Below, piece by piece: positions 18,195 through 27,007 of a stretch of 54,347 bases of DNA. The notes beneath the pieces were generated by a model. That model worked only from the letters and a program-made list of their open reading frames with translations. It did not search any database and had not been told where the DNA came from. Source of the DNA: an uncultured Oscillospiraceae bacterium (GTDB taxonomy: Bacteria > Bacillota > Clostridia > Oscillospirales > Oscillospiraceae); assembly GCA_944385425.1 (NCBI GenBank), contig CALWXD010000146.1:1-54347 (forward strand), written 5' to 3'. Position numbers and translations under genes: made by a program. The first letter of the stretch is position 1, and each line of letters opens with the position of its first letter.

Positions 18195-19100
18195 ATGAAA
18201 CTCTTGCGGAAAACAGGGGCGGCCGCCCTGCTGCTGGCCCTGGTGCTGCTGCTTGCCGGCTGCAGCGCCGGAAGCTCGGACAACTCGGCCTTTGACACCG
18301 GCGGCAGCGGCTCCAACGGCGCCGGCGGCTGGTCCGACAGCGCCGCGCCGGAGGAGGAGGGCGTCTCCGACGACGGGGAGGCAACGCTCCAAGACGGGCC
18401 CAAGAAGATCTACACCGGCTACATCGAGGCGGAGACCACGGACTTCGCGGCCGCCCAGCAGTCCCTGGCGGACATGGTGGCGGAGGCGGAGGGGTACTTC
18501 TCCAACCGCAGCGTCTCCAACCACGGGGCCTACCGGTACGGGGACTATACCATCCGGGTGCCGGCGGCCCGGTTCCAGGGCTTCCTCTCCCAGGTGGGGG
18601 AGGGGCTCCATGTGACCTACCAGACCGACAGCGAGGAGGACGTGTCCGAGGCGTACTACGACATCGCGGGGCGCCTGGCCACCCAGCGCACCAAGCTGGA
18701 GCGGCTCCAGACCCTCCTCAGCCAGGCGGAGAGCATGGCGGACATCATCACCATTGAGGACGCCATCAGCGAGACGGAGTGGATGATCGAGGACCTGTCC
18801 GGCAGTCTCCAGAGCTACGACAACCGCATCGACTACGCCACGATGACCGTCTCCCTCCGGGAGGTCTACCGCCTCTCCGGCAGCGAGGAGCCGGTGACCA
18901 CCCTGGGTGGGCGGCTGAAGGAGGCCTTTACCGGGGGCTTACGGAACGTGGGCAGCGTCCTGGAGGAGCTGGCGGTCTGGCTGGTGTACAACTGGGTGTG
19001 GCTGGCGCTGCTGGCGGCCATGGCGGCCGGCGCGGCGGCGCTGATCCGCCGGCGGAAAAAGCGGCGGCAGCCCCCCGGCGGCGGGAAGGAGGGGCAGTGA
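18195..19100 (+). CDS. DUF4349-like lipoprotein with a C-terminal membrane anchor
   Basis: It has a lipobox (LLLAGC), a coiled-coil middle and a C-terminal TM plus a basic tail. The ATG at 18195 follows AAGGAGGAAG. Confidence 0.7.
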   Translation: MKLLRKTGAAALLLALVLLLAGCSAGSSDNSAFDTGGSGSNGAGGWSDSAAPEEEGVSDDGEATLQDGPKKIYTGYIEAETTDFAAAQQSLADMVAEAEGYFSNRSVSNHGAYRYGDYTIRVPAARFQGFLSQVGEGLHVTYQTDSEEDVSEAYYDIAGRLATQRTKLERLQTLLSQAESMADIITIEDAISETEWMIEDLSGSLQSYDNRIDYATMTVSLREVYRLSGSEEPVTTLGGRLKEAFTGGLRNVGSVLEELAVWLVYNWVWLALLAAMAAGAAALIRRRKKRRQPPGGGKEGQ

Positions 19101-19101
19101 G

Positions 19102-19521
19102 ATGCCGCGCCCCCGGCCCCCCAAAAAATGGCTGTGGCTGGGCGTCGTCCTCCTGGCGGCGGCAGCGGTCCCGCTCCTCCTCACCCACCGGGGACGGCGG
19201 CCCTTTCAAGACCTGGAGGCGGCGGACCTGGCCGCCGCCTCCGTTTCGCTCCTGCCGCCGGACGTGACGGTGACTCTGGACGGGGCGCAGCGGGCGGAGC
19301 TGGCCGGTCTGCTGCGGGAGGCAGTGGTCTACCAGCGGGACGACGCCTACGGCCAATACGCCGGGCAGGCGGTGATCTTCACGCTGGAGATGGCCGACGG
19401 CGCCGTCCGCACCGTCACGGCCTACAACCCCTTCCTGGTGCTGGACGGGGCGGGGTACCGGACGGCGTACGCGCCCTGTGAGGCCCTCAACGCCTTCGCC
19501 AACGGCCTTATAGGGCCCTAG
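19102..19521 (+). CDS. hypothetical signal-anchored small secreted protein
   Basis: 139 aa. The ATG lies 1 nt after the upstream stop, with SD GGAAGGAGGGG. The N-terminal TM is KKWLWLGVVLLAAAAVPLLL. GC3-rich codon usage matches the neighbouring genes. Confidence 0.5.
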   Translation: MPRPRPPKKWLWLGVVLLAAAAVPLLLTHRGRRPFQDLEAADLAAASVSLLPPDVTVTLDGAQRAELAGLLREAVVYQRDDAYGQYAGQAVIFTLEMADGAVRTVTAYNPFLVLDGAGYRTAYAPCEALNAFANGLIGP

Positions 19522-19569
19522 TGCGCCGTTTTGGCGCGGCACTCCTCTTCTTTTACCCTACCCATTGAC

Positions 19570-19608
19570 AAAAGCGGGAGGCAGGCAATTTGCCTGCCTC
19601 CCGCTTTT
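19570..19608. terminator. bidirectional rho-independent terminator
   Basis: AAAAGCGGGAGGCAGGCAA-tt-TGCCTGCCTCCCGC followed by TTTT. Confidence 0.7.
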
Positions 19609-19615
19609 GTCCCTT

Positions 19616-20386
19616 CTACAGGGTGGAGAGGACATCCTCCACCCTGACGCAGTGGTTGGGAAAGCGGTCCAGAAGGGGCCGGTGGGCCGTGGCCATAAGA
19701 TAGGCGGTGCCGGCGGTCTCCAGCAGGGGGACGTCGTTGTAGTTGTCGCCAAAGGCCGCGACCTCCCCCGGGGAGATCCCCAGGCAGCGGCACAGCTGCC
19801 GCAGCCCCGTCCCCTTGTCCGCCAGGGTGAAATCCAGCCACGGCTCCCCCGCCACCGCCACCCGGAACCGCTCCCGCCACCGGGGCGCCAGCAGCGGCTC
19901 CACGCCGGCCGCGCCGGTACGGCAGAAGGCCGACACCTTGACGATCTCCTCCGGCACCTCCTCCGGCGCGGAGAGCAGCGCCACCCGGTTGCCCACAAAA
20001 TCCCGGACCTGGACCACCACGTCCTCCGCCTTGGGGCAGAGGTAGCTGGTGTTGACCCCGGAGATCAGCACCTCGCACTCAGGCCGGTCCAGGATCTCCC
20101 GGCACAGCGCCAGGGCCGCCTCCTGCCCCATGGCGGTCTTGCTCAGCACCGGCCCCGCCGCTCCCGGTCCAAAGACCACCGCCCCGTTTTCACAGATGTA
20201 GCAGAGCTCGTCCGCCACCGGGGCAAACAGCCGGCGCAGGCTGCTGTACTGCCGCCCGCTGGCCGGGCAGAAGCCGATCCCCTTCTCCGCCAGCCGGCGG
20301 ATCTGGTAAAAAACCGCCGGGTCGATGGCGGTGCTGCCGTTTTGCAGGAGCGTCCCGTCGATGTCACAGGCAACCAAACGGATCAT
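19616..20386 (-). CDS. Cof-type HAD-IIB family hydrolase
   Basis: MIRLVACDIDGTLL... is HAD motif I. FGDNYNDVPLL is HAD motif III. The ATG at 20386 follows GGAGGGGGAG. The longer track ORF is a GC-rich upstream extension. Confidence 0.8.
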   Translation of the reverse strand: MIRLVACDIDGTLLQNGSTAIDPAVFYQIRRLAEKGIGFCPASGRQYSSLRRLFAPVADELCYICENGAVVFGPGAAGPVLSKTAMGQEAALALCREILDRPECEVLISGVNTSYLCPKAEDVVVQVRDFVGNRVALLSAPEEVPEEIVKVSAFCRTGAAGVEPLLAPRWRERFRVAVAGEPWLDFTLADKGTGLRQLCRCLGISPGEVAAFGDNYNDVPLLETAGTAYLMATAHRPLLDRFPNHCVRVEDVLSTL

Positions 20387-20592
20387 GGTTCTCCCCCCTC
20401 CAGGCGGCGTCCTCCGCCGGGCGGGCGGGGCGCGCGTTTTCTCCCCTAAGCGTAGCAGAAGAGCGGGCCCAATACAAGTGGGCGGATTGGAGAAACCCGG
20501 GGCGAACACCGGCGGTCCTTTTGTACGCTGTGCAAAAAAAGCGGCCCGCCGGCGGGCGGGGCGCGGCGGCAAAAGGCTATGCTCCCTGCATA

Positions 20593-20621
20593 TTGTTCTG
20601 CCCCGGCGCAGTTGCTATAAT
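20593..20621 (+). promoter_or_regulatory. candidate sigma-70 promoter of the TIR/SPFH/RCC1 operon
   Basis: TTGTTC (20593-98), a 17 nt spacer, then TATAAT (20616-21). It lies ~120 nt upstream of the first ATG, in the divergent intergenic region. Confidence 0.45.
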
Positions 20622-20741
20622 TATAGGATAAGAAATTGCATGCGCCGTGGGGCACACCAGGATAACCGGCAAAAGAACGCGGCCCATATCGCAAAACAGC
20701 GGAAACGCCGGCGCGGGCAAAAAAGACAGGAGGAGCGGAAA

Positions 20742-23480
20742 ATGGCCATCATCAAGTGCAAAATGTGCGGCGGGGACATCCAGCTGTCCCCGGACCAGAG
20801 CTTTGGGACCTGTGAGTACTGCGGGTCCACCATGACGCTGCCGAAGGTGGACGACGACCAGCGGGCCGCCGCCTTCAACCGGGGCAACCACTTCCGGCGG
20901 CTGGGGGAGTTTGACAAGGCGCTGGCGGTCTATGAGGGCATCGTCCGGGAAAACGAGAACGACGCCGAGGCCCACTGGTGCTGCGCCCTGTGCCGGTTCG
21001 GCATCGAGTATGTGAAGGACCCGGCCACCGGCGCCTACATCCCCACCTGCCACCGGGCCAGCTTTGACAGCTTTCTGGAGGACGTGGACTACAAGGCCGC
21101 CCTGGACCACGCCGACGCCGCGGCGCGGGAGCAGTACCGCCGAGAGGGGGAGCAGATCGCCCAGATCCAGCGGGGCATCCTCTCCATCTCCCAGCGGGAG
21201 CAGCCCTACGACGTCTTCCTCTGCTACAAGGAGACCGGGGAAAACGGCCAGCGCACCGTGGACTCCACCCTGGCCCAGGACATCTACTACCAGCTCACCG
21301 AGAAGGGCTACCGGGTGTTCTTCTCCCGGATCACCCTGGAGGACAAGGCCGGGCTGGAATATGAGCCCTATATCTTCGCCGCCCTCCACTCCGCCCGAGT
21401 CATGGTGGTGGTGGGGACAAGGCCGGAGCACTTCAACGCCGTGTGGGTGAAAAACGAGTGGAGCCGGTTCCTCGCCCTCATGAAAACAGACCGCAAGCGC
21501 CTGCTGATCCCCTGCTACCGGGATATGGACCCCTACGACCTGCCGGAGCAGCTGTCCGTCCTCCAGTCCTACGACATGAGCCGCATCGGTTTCCTCCAGG
21601 ACCTGGTGCGGGGCATCTCCAAGGTGCTGGAGGGGGAGAAAAAGCCGGAGGTGAAGGAGACCGTCATCGTCCAGGGGGAGGGTGGGGCCAACACCGCCGC
21701 CCTCCTCAAGCGGGGGCAGATGGCCCTGGAGGACGGGGACTGGAACGGCGCCTCCACCTACTTCGACCGGGTGCTGGATATGGACGCGGAGTGCGCCGAG
21801 GCCTTCTTCGGCAAGGCCCTGGCCGCCCGGAAGTGCGCCAACGCCCAGGCCTGGGTGGACCAGCTGATCCACTTCGGCCAGGTGCAGACGGAGAAACGCA
21901 CCGCCTGCGAGGAGGACATGGACCGGGTGGGCGCGGCCATGAAACAGTACTTCGTCCCGGAGTATTTGGACAAGGACGACATCCGCCAGGAGTTCACCCA
22001 CTTCGACCGGCAGTACGACTCCGCCCTCGCCCACTGGCGGCGGCGGGAGGAGGTGGTCCGGCACTTCCTGGAGAGCGACAAGCTGGTGAGCCGGGCCGGC
22101 CGCTTTGCCAAGGGGGACTTCGCCAGGACCCTGCGGGGCTATGAGGACCAGGTCCTCGCGGGCATCCGCCAAAAGCAGGAGGAGGCCGCGGCCCAGGACG
22201 CCCAGAGCGCGGAGCGGGTGAAGGCGGACTATGCCGCCTTCCTTACCGCCACGGAGGAGAAGGCCCAGAAGATGCACGACAACGCGGCGAAACGCCGGGA
22301 GGAGGACTATGCCGCCGCCTGCGCCGCCATGGAGGCCGCGAGGGACTCCCGCGGCTATGCCGACGCGGCGGAGCTCTTCCGGCAGATCGGCCCCTTTGCC
22401 GACTGCCGGGAGCGCTCGGAGCAGTGCCTGGCCCGCGCTGAACAGCTGCGCCAGGAGGAGGAACGCCTGGCCCGGGAGGAGGCGGAGCGGAAGGCCGCCG
22501 CCCAAGCCAAGGAGAAGGCCCGCCGCAAGGCCAAGGCCAAAAAGACCGGCATCATCCTTCTGATCGCCGCCGCGGCGATTGCCGCGGTCTGCGCCGTGGT
22601 GACGCTGGTGGTGATCCCCAACATCCGCTACGGCGAGGCGGTGGAGCTGTGGGACAGCGGCGACGAGCTGGGGGCCATGGAGATCTTCTGTGAGATCCGC
22701 GGCACCAAGGACGCCCAGGACTACTGCGACGAGTTCTTCGCCCCCTATATCGAGATCCTGACGGCCGGGAAATGGGAGTCCTATGAAAAAGAGGTATCCT
22801 ACTCTCCCGGGACCACTTACGAGTATTCTTATACCTTCAACGCGGACGGCACCTGCACCAAAATCTCTAACCGCCGGTGGGAATCGGGCGGGTATCCCCG
22901 CATCAGCAGCTCGGAATATGACTGCACCTACACCCTGGCGGTCCAGGACGGGGATGTGGTGGCCCTGGTCCACGAAACGGAACACGGTTCCGACTACACG
23001 GTGACCGTCTCCCACGGGCGGGACGGCGGCTACCACCTGGAGGAACCCTCTGACGACAGCTTTGACGGGACAAACTTCATCTTCAAGGCGCCGGAGGAGC
23101 TGACGGCAGCGTCCGGGGAGGAGGAAGAGCCTAACGGCAGCGACCTCTATCTGGCGGAATTGATGGAGTCCGACCATGCGCAGGACATTCTCTACGTTTG
23201 GAGAGAGCAGGGCTTTGAGGCGTACCGTGTGGAGGGAAACACCGTCCATTTCATGAAATATGTGACCAACACGGCCGATCTCAGCCTGGAGAAATTACAG
23301 GAAACCTTCAAAAATGAGATCGAGCCGTTGGCGGGGCTGGCAGCAGAACACTTGGCATACCTCTGTGAGCTCTACTATGAAGCCTATGCAGTCGAGCCGG
23401 ACGGAGCGCTCACCTTCTCCATGGAGTACTATGTGGACGACGAGCTGGTCTACAACGTGACCATGGATTCGGATATGTGA
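20742..23480 (+). CDS. zinc-ribbon / TPR / TIR-domain / coiled-coil protein with a single TM and a ~240 aa extracytoplasmic C-terminal domain
   Basis: The N-terminal zinc ribbon is CKMCGG...CEYCG, followed by TPR-like helices. A TIR-like domain spans ~aa 195-330: YDVFLCYKE..GYRVFFSRITLEDKAG..VMVVVGTRPEHFNAVWVKNEWSRFLAL..RLLIPCYRD. It shows the betaA DVFxSY strand, a betaB-like VFFS strand and an SxW..E-like segment. A second TPR module follows (EGGANTAALLKRGQMALEDGDWNGA...), then a ~240 aa charged helical region. The TM is KAKAKKTGIILLIAAAAIAAVCAVVTLVVI with positive charges on the N-terminal side, and a Cys-containing C-terminal domain follows. The ATG at 20742 follows ACAGGAGGAG. Confidence 0.75.
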   Translation: MAIIKCKMCGGDIQLSPDQSFGTCEYCGSTMTLPKVDDDQRAAAFNRGNHFRRLGEFDKALAVYEGIVRENENDAEAHWCCALCRFGIEYVKDPATGAYIPTCHRASFDSFLEDVDYKAALDHADAAAREQYRREGEQIAQIQRGILSISQREQPYDVFLCYKETGENGQRTVDSTLAQDIYYQLTEKGYRVFFSRITLEDKAGLEYEPYIFAALHSARVMVVVGTRPEHFNAVWVKNEWSRFLALMKTDRKRLLIPCYRDMDPYDLPEQLSVLQSYDMSRIGFLQDLVRGISKVLEGEKKPEVKETVIVQGEGGANTAALLKRGQMALEDGDWNGASTYFDRVLDMDAECAEAFFGKALAARKCANAQAWVDQLIHFGQVQTEKRTACEEDMDRVGAAMKQYFVPEYLDKDDIRQEFTHFDRQYDSALAHWRRREEVVRHFLESDKLVSRAGRFAKGDFARTLRGYEDQVLAGIRQKQEEAAAQDAQSAERVKADYAAFLTATEEKAQKMHDNAAKRREEDYAAACAAMEAARDSRGYADAAELFRQIGPFADCRERSEQCLARAEQLRQEEERLAREEAERKAAAQAKEKARRKAKAKKTGIILLIAAAAIAAVCAVVTLVVIPNIRYGEAVELWDSGDELGAMEIFCEIRGTKDAQDYCDEFFAPYIEILTAGKWESYEKEVSYSPGTTYEYSYTFNADGTCTKISNRRWESGGYPRISSSEYDCTYTLAVQDGDVVALVHETEHGSDYTVTVSHGRDGGYHLEEPSDDSFDGTNFIFKAPEELTAASGEEEEPNGSDLYLAELMESDHAQDILYVWREQGFEAYRVEGNTVHFMKYVTNTADLSLEKLQETFKNEIEPLAGLAAEHLAYLCELYYEAYAVEPDGALTFSMEYYVDDELVYNVTMDSDM

Positions 23481-23511
23481 TTTCCGCCAGGCGGAAGGAA
23501 GGAGGAGCACC

Positions 23512-25386
23512 ATGGCAAAATTTGTGATTGAATGCCCCAGCTGCGGGAAGTACGCCGAGGCCAGGACCGGCTTTTTCGCCCGGAAAAAGATCGACTGCGC
23601 CTGCGGCTACACCATCCACGTCCGCACCGACAAGCTGGCCGCCCGGAAGTGTCCCCACTGCGGCAACGAGGTGGTCTTTGACCAGTCCCAGGGGGAGAAG
23701 GCCCGCTGCCCGGTGTGCCACGAGCCCATCAACACCATGGCCGAGCAGACCAAGGTGGAGGAGTTCTCCTGCGCCCAGTGCGGCGTGCGGCTCCAGGCCA
23801 GCAAGAGCGCCAGTACCTACACCTGCCCGGTGTGCGACTTTGTCAACGACGTGCCGGAGCGGCTCATGGCCGAAAAGATCAAAAAGGACGGCCTTGCCAG
23901 CGTCATCAAGTACGAGGGGGACAACGAGACCCTGGTGTGGAAGCACCCTATCGAGGACTTCAACCTGGGGTCCCAGCTCATCGTCCACGAGAGCCAGGAG
24001 GCGGTCTTCTTCCGGGACGGCCAGGCCCTGGACCTCTTCGGCCCGGGCCGCTACACCCTGGAGACCCAGCAGCTGCCCCTGCTGGAGAAGGTCTATGAGC
24101 TGCCCACGGATACGGAGGGCACCTTCCACTCCGAGGTGTACTTCATCAACCTGGCCACCCAGATGGGCGTCAAGTGGGGCACCGACTCCAAGGTGCGCCT
24201 CTTTGACCCGGCCTCCGGATTACACATCGAGCTGGGGGCCAGCGGCGAGTTCAACCTCCGGGTCACCGATTCCCGCCGCCTTCTTTTGAAGGTGGTGGGC
24301 ACCACCGGGGCCCTGGGGCAGGGGGACCTGCTGGGGGGCGGCAGCACCCGGGGCATCTTCCGGGCGCTGGTGATGACCCAGGTGAAGAGCTACCTGGCCC
24401 AGGTCATCAAGGAAAGCGGCATCAACGTCCTGGAGATCGACGCGCGGCTGATGGACCTCTCCACGGCCCTTAGGGACAAGATCAACGAGGGGCTCAGGGA
24501 CTACGGCGTCACCATGCCGGAGTTCTTTGTCAGCCGCATCGTCACCCCCGACGACGACCCCAACTTCAAGCGGATGAAGGAGCAGTACGCCGAGCAGTAC
24601 CTGCTGGTCCGGCAGGAGCAGATCAGGAAAAGCGAGGCGGAGGCCGCCCGGGAGCGGAAGGCCGTGGAGGCCCAGACGGCGGCCCAGATGAAGATCATCG
24701 GCGCCCAGGGGGAGGCGGAGGCCCTGAAGATCCAGCGGGCCGCCGAGGCGGAGGCCTACCGGATGCAGGCGGCGGCGGAGGCCGAGGAGATGCGGATGAA
24801 GGGCTACACCTACCAGCAGGAGACCGCCCGGCAGGTGGGCCTGGAGGCCATGAAAAACGGCATCGGCGGCGGCGAGGGCGGGGCCCTCGGCGACATCGCC
24901 GGCCTGGGGGTGACCCTGGGGGCCATGGGCGGGGTCATCGGCATGACCAGGGAGGCCCTGGGGGACATCACCGGCTCCAGCGCCCAGCTGGGCCAGAGCA
25001 TCGGCGGCATGGTGTCCGCCCCCGCCGCCGGCTGGGACTGCGCCTGCGGGGCAAAGAGTATTACCAGCAATTTCTGCCCCAGCTGCGGGGCAAAGCGGCC
25101 GGCCCCGCCCGCCCCGGCGGACGCCTGGGACTGCGCCTGTGGCGAGAAGGGGCTCACCGGGAAATTCTGTCCCCAGTGCGGGGCAAAACGCCCGGAGCCC
25201 AAGGCCCCGGACACCTGGGACTGCCCCGCCTGCGGCGAGAAGGGACTTACGGGGAAATTCTGCCCCCAGTGCGGGGCAAGGCGGCCCGAGCCCAAGGCCC
25301 CGGACACCTGGGACTGCCCCGCCTGCGGCGAGAAGGGCATCACCGGGAAATTCTGCCCGGAATGCGGAAAAAAGAGAGGTGAATGA
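23512..25386 (+). CDS. SPFH/Band-7 (PF13421-like) domain protein with three N-terminal and four C-terminal zinc ribbons
   Basis: Three N-terminal CxxC...CxxC ribbons come first. The SPFH core (LASVIKYEGDNETLVWKHPIEDFNLGSQLIVHESQEAVFFRDGQALDLFGPGRYTLETQQLP...) resembles B. subtilis YdjI and the COG4260 'virion core protein' family. An A/E-rich coiled coil and a Gly-rich hydrophobic segment follow. Four tandem WDCxCGxKGxTGKFCPxCGAKRP ribbons end the protein. It is coupled to the upstream gene by a 31 nt gap with SD GGAAGGAGGAG. Confidence 0.75.
   Translation: MAKFVIECPSCGKYAEARTGFFARKKIDCACGYTIHVRTDKLAARKCPHCGNEVVFDQSQGEKARCPVCHEPINTMAEQTKVEEFSCAQCGVRLQASKSASTYTCPVCDFVNDVPERLMAEKIKKDGLASVIKYEGDNETLVWKHPIEDFNLGSQLIVHESQEAVFFRDGQALDLFGPGRYTLETQQLPLLEKVYELPTDTEGTFHSEVYFINLATQMGVKWGTDSKVRLFDPASGLHIELGASGEFNLRVTDSRRLLLKVVGTTGALGQGDLLGGGSTRGIFRALVMTQVKSYLAQVIKESGINVLEIDARLMDLSTALRDKINEGLRDYGVTMPEFFVSRIVTPDDDPNFKRMKEQYAEQYLLVRQEQIRKSEAEAARERKAVEAQTAAQMKIIGAQGEAEALKIQRAAEAEAYRMQAAAEAEEMRMKGYTYQQETARQVGLEAMKNGIGGGEGGALGDIAGLGVTLGAMGGVIGMTREALGDITGSSAQLGQSIGGMVSAPAAGWDCACGAKSITSNFCPSCGAKRPAPPAPADAWDCACGEKGLTGKFCPQCGAKRPEPKAPDTWDCPACGEKGLTGKFCPQCGARRPEPKAPDTWDCPACGEKGITGKFCPECGKKRGE
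25030..25380 (+). repeat. four tandem ~93 bp coding repeats (zinc-ribbon units) at the 3' end of the SPFH gene
   Basis: A near-identical repeated nucleotide block (ctgggactgc(g/c)c...ggcgagaaggg...accgggaaattctg(t/c)ccccagtgcggggcaa(a/g)(a/g)cg(g/c)cc(c/g)gagcccaaggccccggaca) is visible directly. Confidence 0.8.
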
Positions 25387-27005
25387 GGATGGCGGCATTG
25401 ACCTGTGAGATCTGCGGCGGCAAGCTGGTGGGAAAGCCGGGGGGCGTGTTCGAATGCGACTCCTGCGGCATGGAGTACTCCACCGAGTGGGCCAGGGCCA
25501 AGATCCAGGAGATCCGGGGCACCGTCCAGGTGGAGGGCACCGTGGAGGTCACCGGCACCGTCAAAGTAGAGGGCGGAGCCAATAAGGAGAGCCTTCTGAA
25601 ACGGGGATACCTGATGCTGGAGGACGGCGACTGGAAGGGCGCGGACGCCTGCTTTGACCAGGTGCTGGAGATTGCTCCCGAGAATGCGGAAGCATATTTG
25701 GGCAAGTCCTGCAGCAACCTAAAATTCCATCGGCTTGCGGAAATACAAGCCGCTGTGAAACAGGGCTGGAGCCCGCGCTTTTCATGGTGGGAGCGTGACA
25801 GCGATCTGCAGCGGGCGATTCAGTTTGCCACCCCGGAGCTCGTTGAACGTATCGAGGCCATAAAAGCGGAGATAAACTCCGCATATACAAGTCACATCAC
25901 TCGGCTTGCGGAAATCCGGAGAAAAAATGCGTCTGCGCGGAAATTGATCTCCTTTGCAGCTGACAGCACGGGAAAAAGCTATATTGCCGGGGTAAAAACC
26001 GACGGTTCCGTCCTTTATGAGGAGTTTTACCACTGGGAGCCCTCCTATAAGCCGGAAAGCCCCCGCCAGGAGCTCTCCGCCTGGCGGGACGTGACCGCTC
26101 TTCTCGGCCAGCTGCGCGGTCTGAAAGCGGATCATACGGTCGTGGAGATCGGCAGCCCCTCCCCGGACGATTGGACGGATGTGGCCGACATGTGGGACGA
26201 CGGGAATCGGGTTATCCTTTTGAAAACAGACGGCACGGTCGTCGCAAGCGGGGAAAATGAGCACGGCGAGAACGATGTTTCCGATTGGAGCGGGATCACC
26301 GCCATAGCGGCCGGCGATGGCCACACAGTGGGCCTCAAGGCGGACGGAACCGTGGTTGCCGTCGGCGCCAATGAGAAAAGGCAGTGCGAGGTGTCCGGAT
26401 GGACGGATATTGTGGCGATTGACGCCTCTGACAACTGCACAGCGGGGCTGAAAGCGGACGGAACCGTTGTCACAACCATTCTCCCCTTTGACGAGAAGAA
26501 CAGCGATACTGTCGCGGTCGCTTTCCCCAACGCACACTCCCTCGACCTGGTCTGCCTGAAGGCGGATGGCTCCGTTGTGACGACATCGGATTCCCTTGCA
26601 CCGGCTCTCTCCAAATGGAGCCATATCGCGGCAGTCCAATGCCGGGACGACGTGTGCGTCGGCCTCACATCCGACGGCAGGGTATTGGCCTCCTCCCCCG
26701 AATTGCAAGATCTCGTGAAAAACTGGAAATTGTTCGGCAGTCTGGACACATTGGAACAGGAGCGGGAAAACGCATGGCGGCAGATCCGCAAGGCCGACGC
26801 CGAGAGGGCCCGCCGCCGGGAGGAGGAGCGGGCCAAGCGGCAAGCCCAGCAGGAGGCGGAGCTTGCCCAGCGCCGGGCCGCCCTAACGGCGGAGCGGGAC
26901 GCTTTACAAGCCGAGCTGGCCGGCCTGAGGGGCCTCTTCACCGGCGGGCGCCGGCGGGAGATCGAGGCGCGGCTGGCGGCCATCGGAAAAGAACTGGAGG
27001 GATAA
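25383..27005 (+). CDS. zinc-ribbon / TPR / RCC1-repeat (beta-propeller) / coiled-coil protein
   Basis: The N-terminal ribbon is CEICGG...CDSCG. A TPR module follows (VEGGANKESLLKRGYLMLEDGDWKGADACFDQVLEIAPENAEAYLGKSC). Six to seven RCC1-like blades have the form G.HTVGLKADGTVVA.G.N..GQC.VS.WT.I.AIAAG. The C-terminus is an R/E-rich coiled coil. The start overlaps the upstream stop (ATGA). Confidence 0.7.
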   Translation: MRMAALTCEICGGKLVGKPGGVFECDSCGMEYSTEWARAKIQEIRGTVQVEGTVEVTGTVKVEGGANKESLLKRGYLMLEDGDWKGADACFDQVLEIAPENAEAYLGKSCSNLKFHRLAEIQAAVKQGWSPRFSWWERDSDLQRAIQFATPELVERIEAIKAEINSAYTSHITRLAEIRRKNASARKLISFAADSTGKSYIAGVKTDGSVLYEEFYHWEPSYKPESPRQELSAWRDVTALLGQLRGLKADHTVVEIGSPSPDDWTDVADMWDDGNRVILLKTDGTVVASGENEHGENDVSDWSGITAIAAGDGHTVGLKADGTVVAVGANEKRQCEVSGWTDIVAIDASDNCTAGLKADGTVVTTILPFDEKNSDTVAVAFPNAHSLDLVCLKADGSVVTTSDSLAPALSKWSHIAAVQCRDDVCVGLTSDGRVLASSPELQDLVKNWKLFGSLDTLEQERENAWRQIRKADAERARRREEERAKRQAQQEAELAQRRAALTAERDALQAELAGLRGLFTGGRRREIEARLAAIGKELEG

Positions 27006-27007
27006 GG

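Noticed and set aside
20577-23249. 890 aa ORF on the minus strand
   Set aside because: It is an antisense shadow of the TIR-protein gene in G+C-rich sequence. Its translation is low-complexity (G/P/A/R-rich), it has no start context, and the opposite strand encodes recognisable domains.
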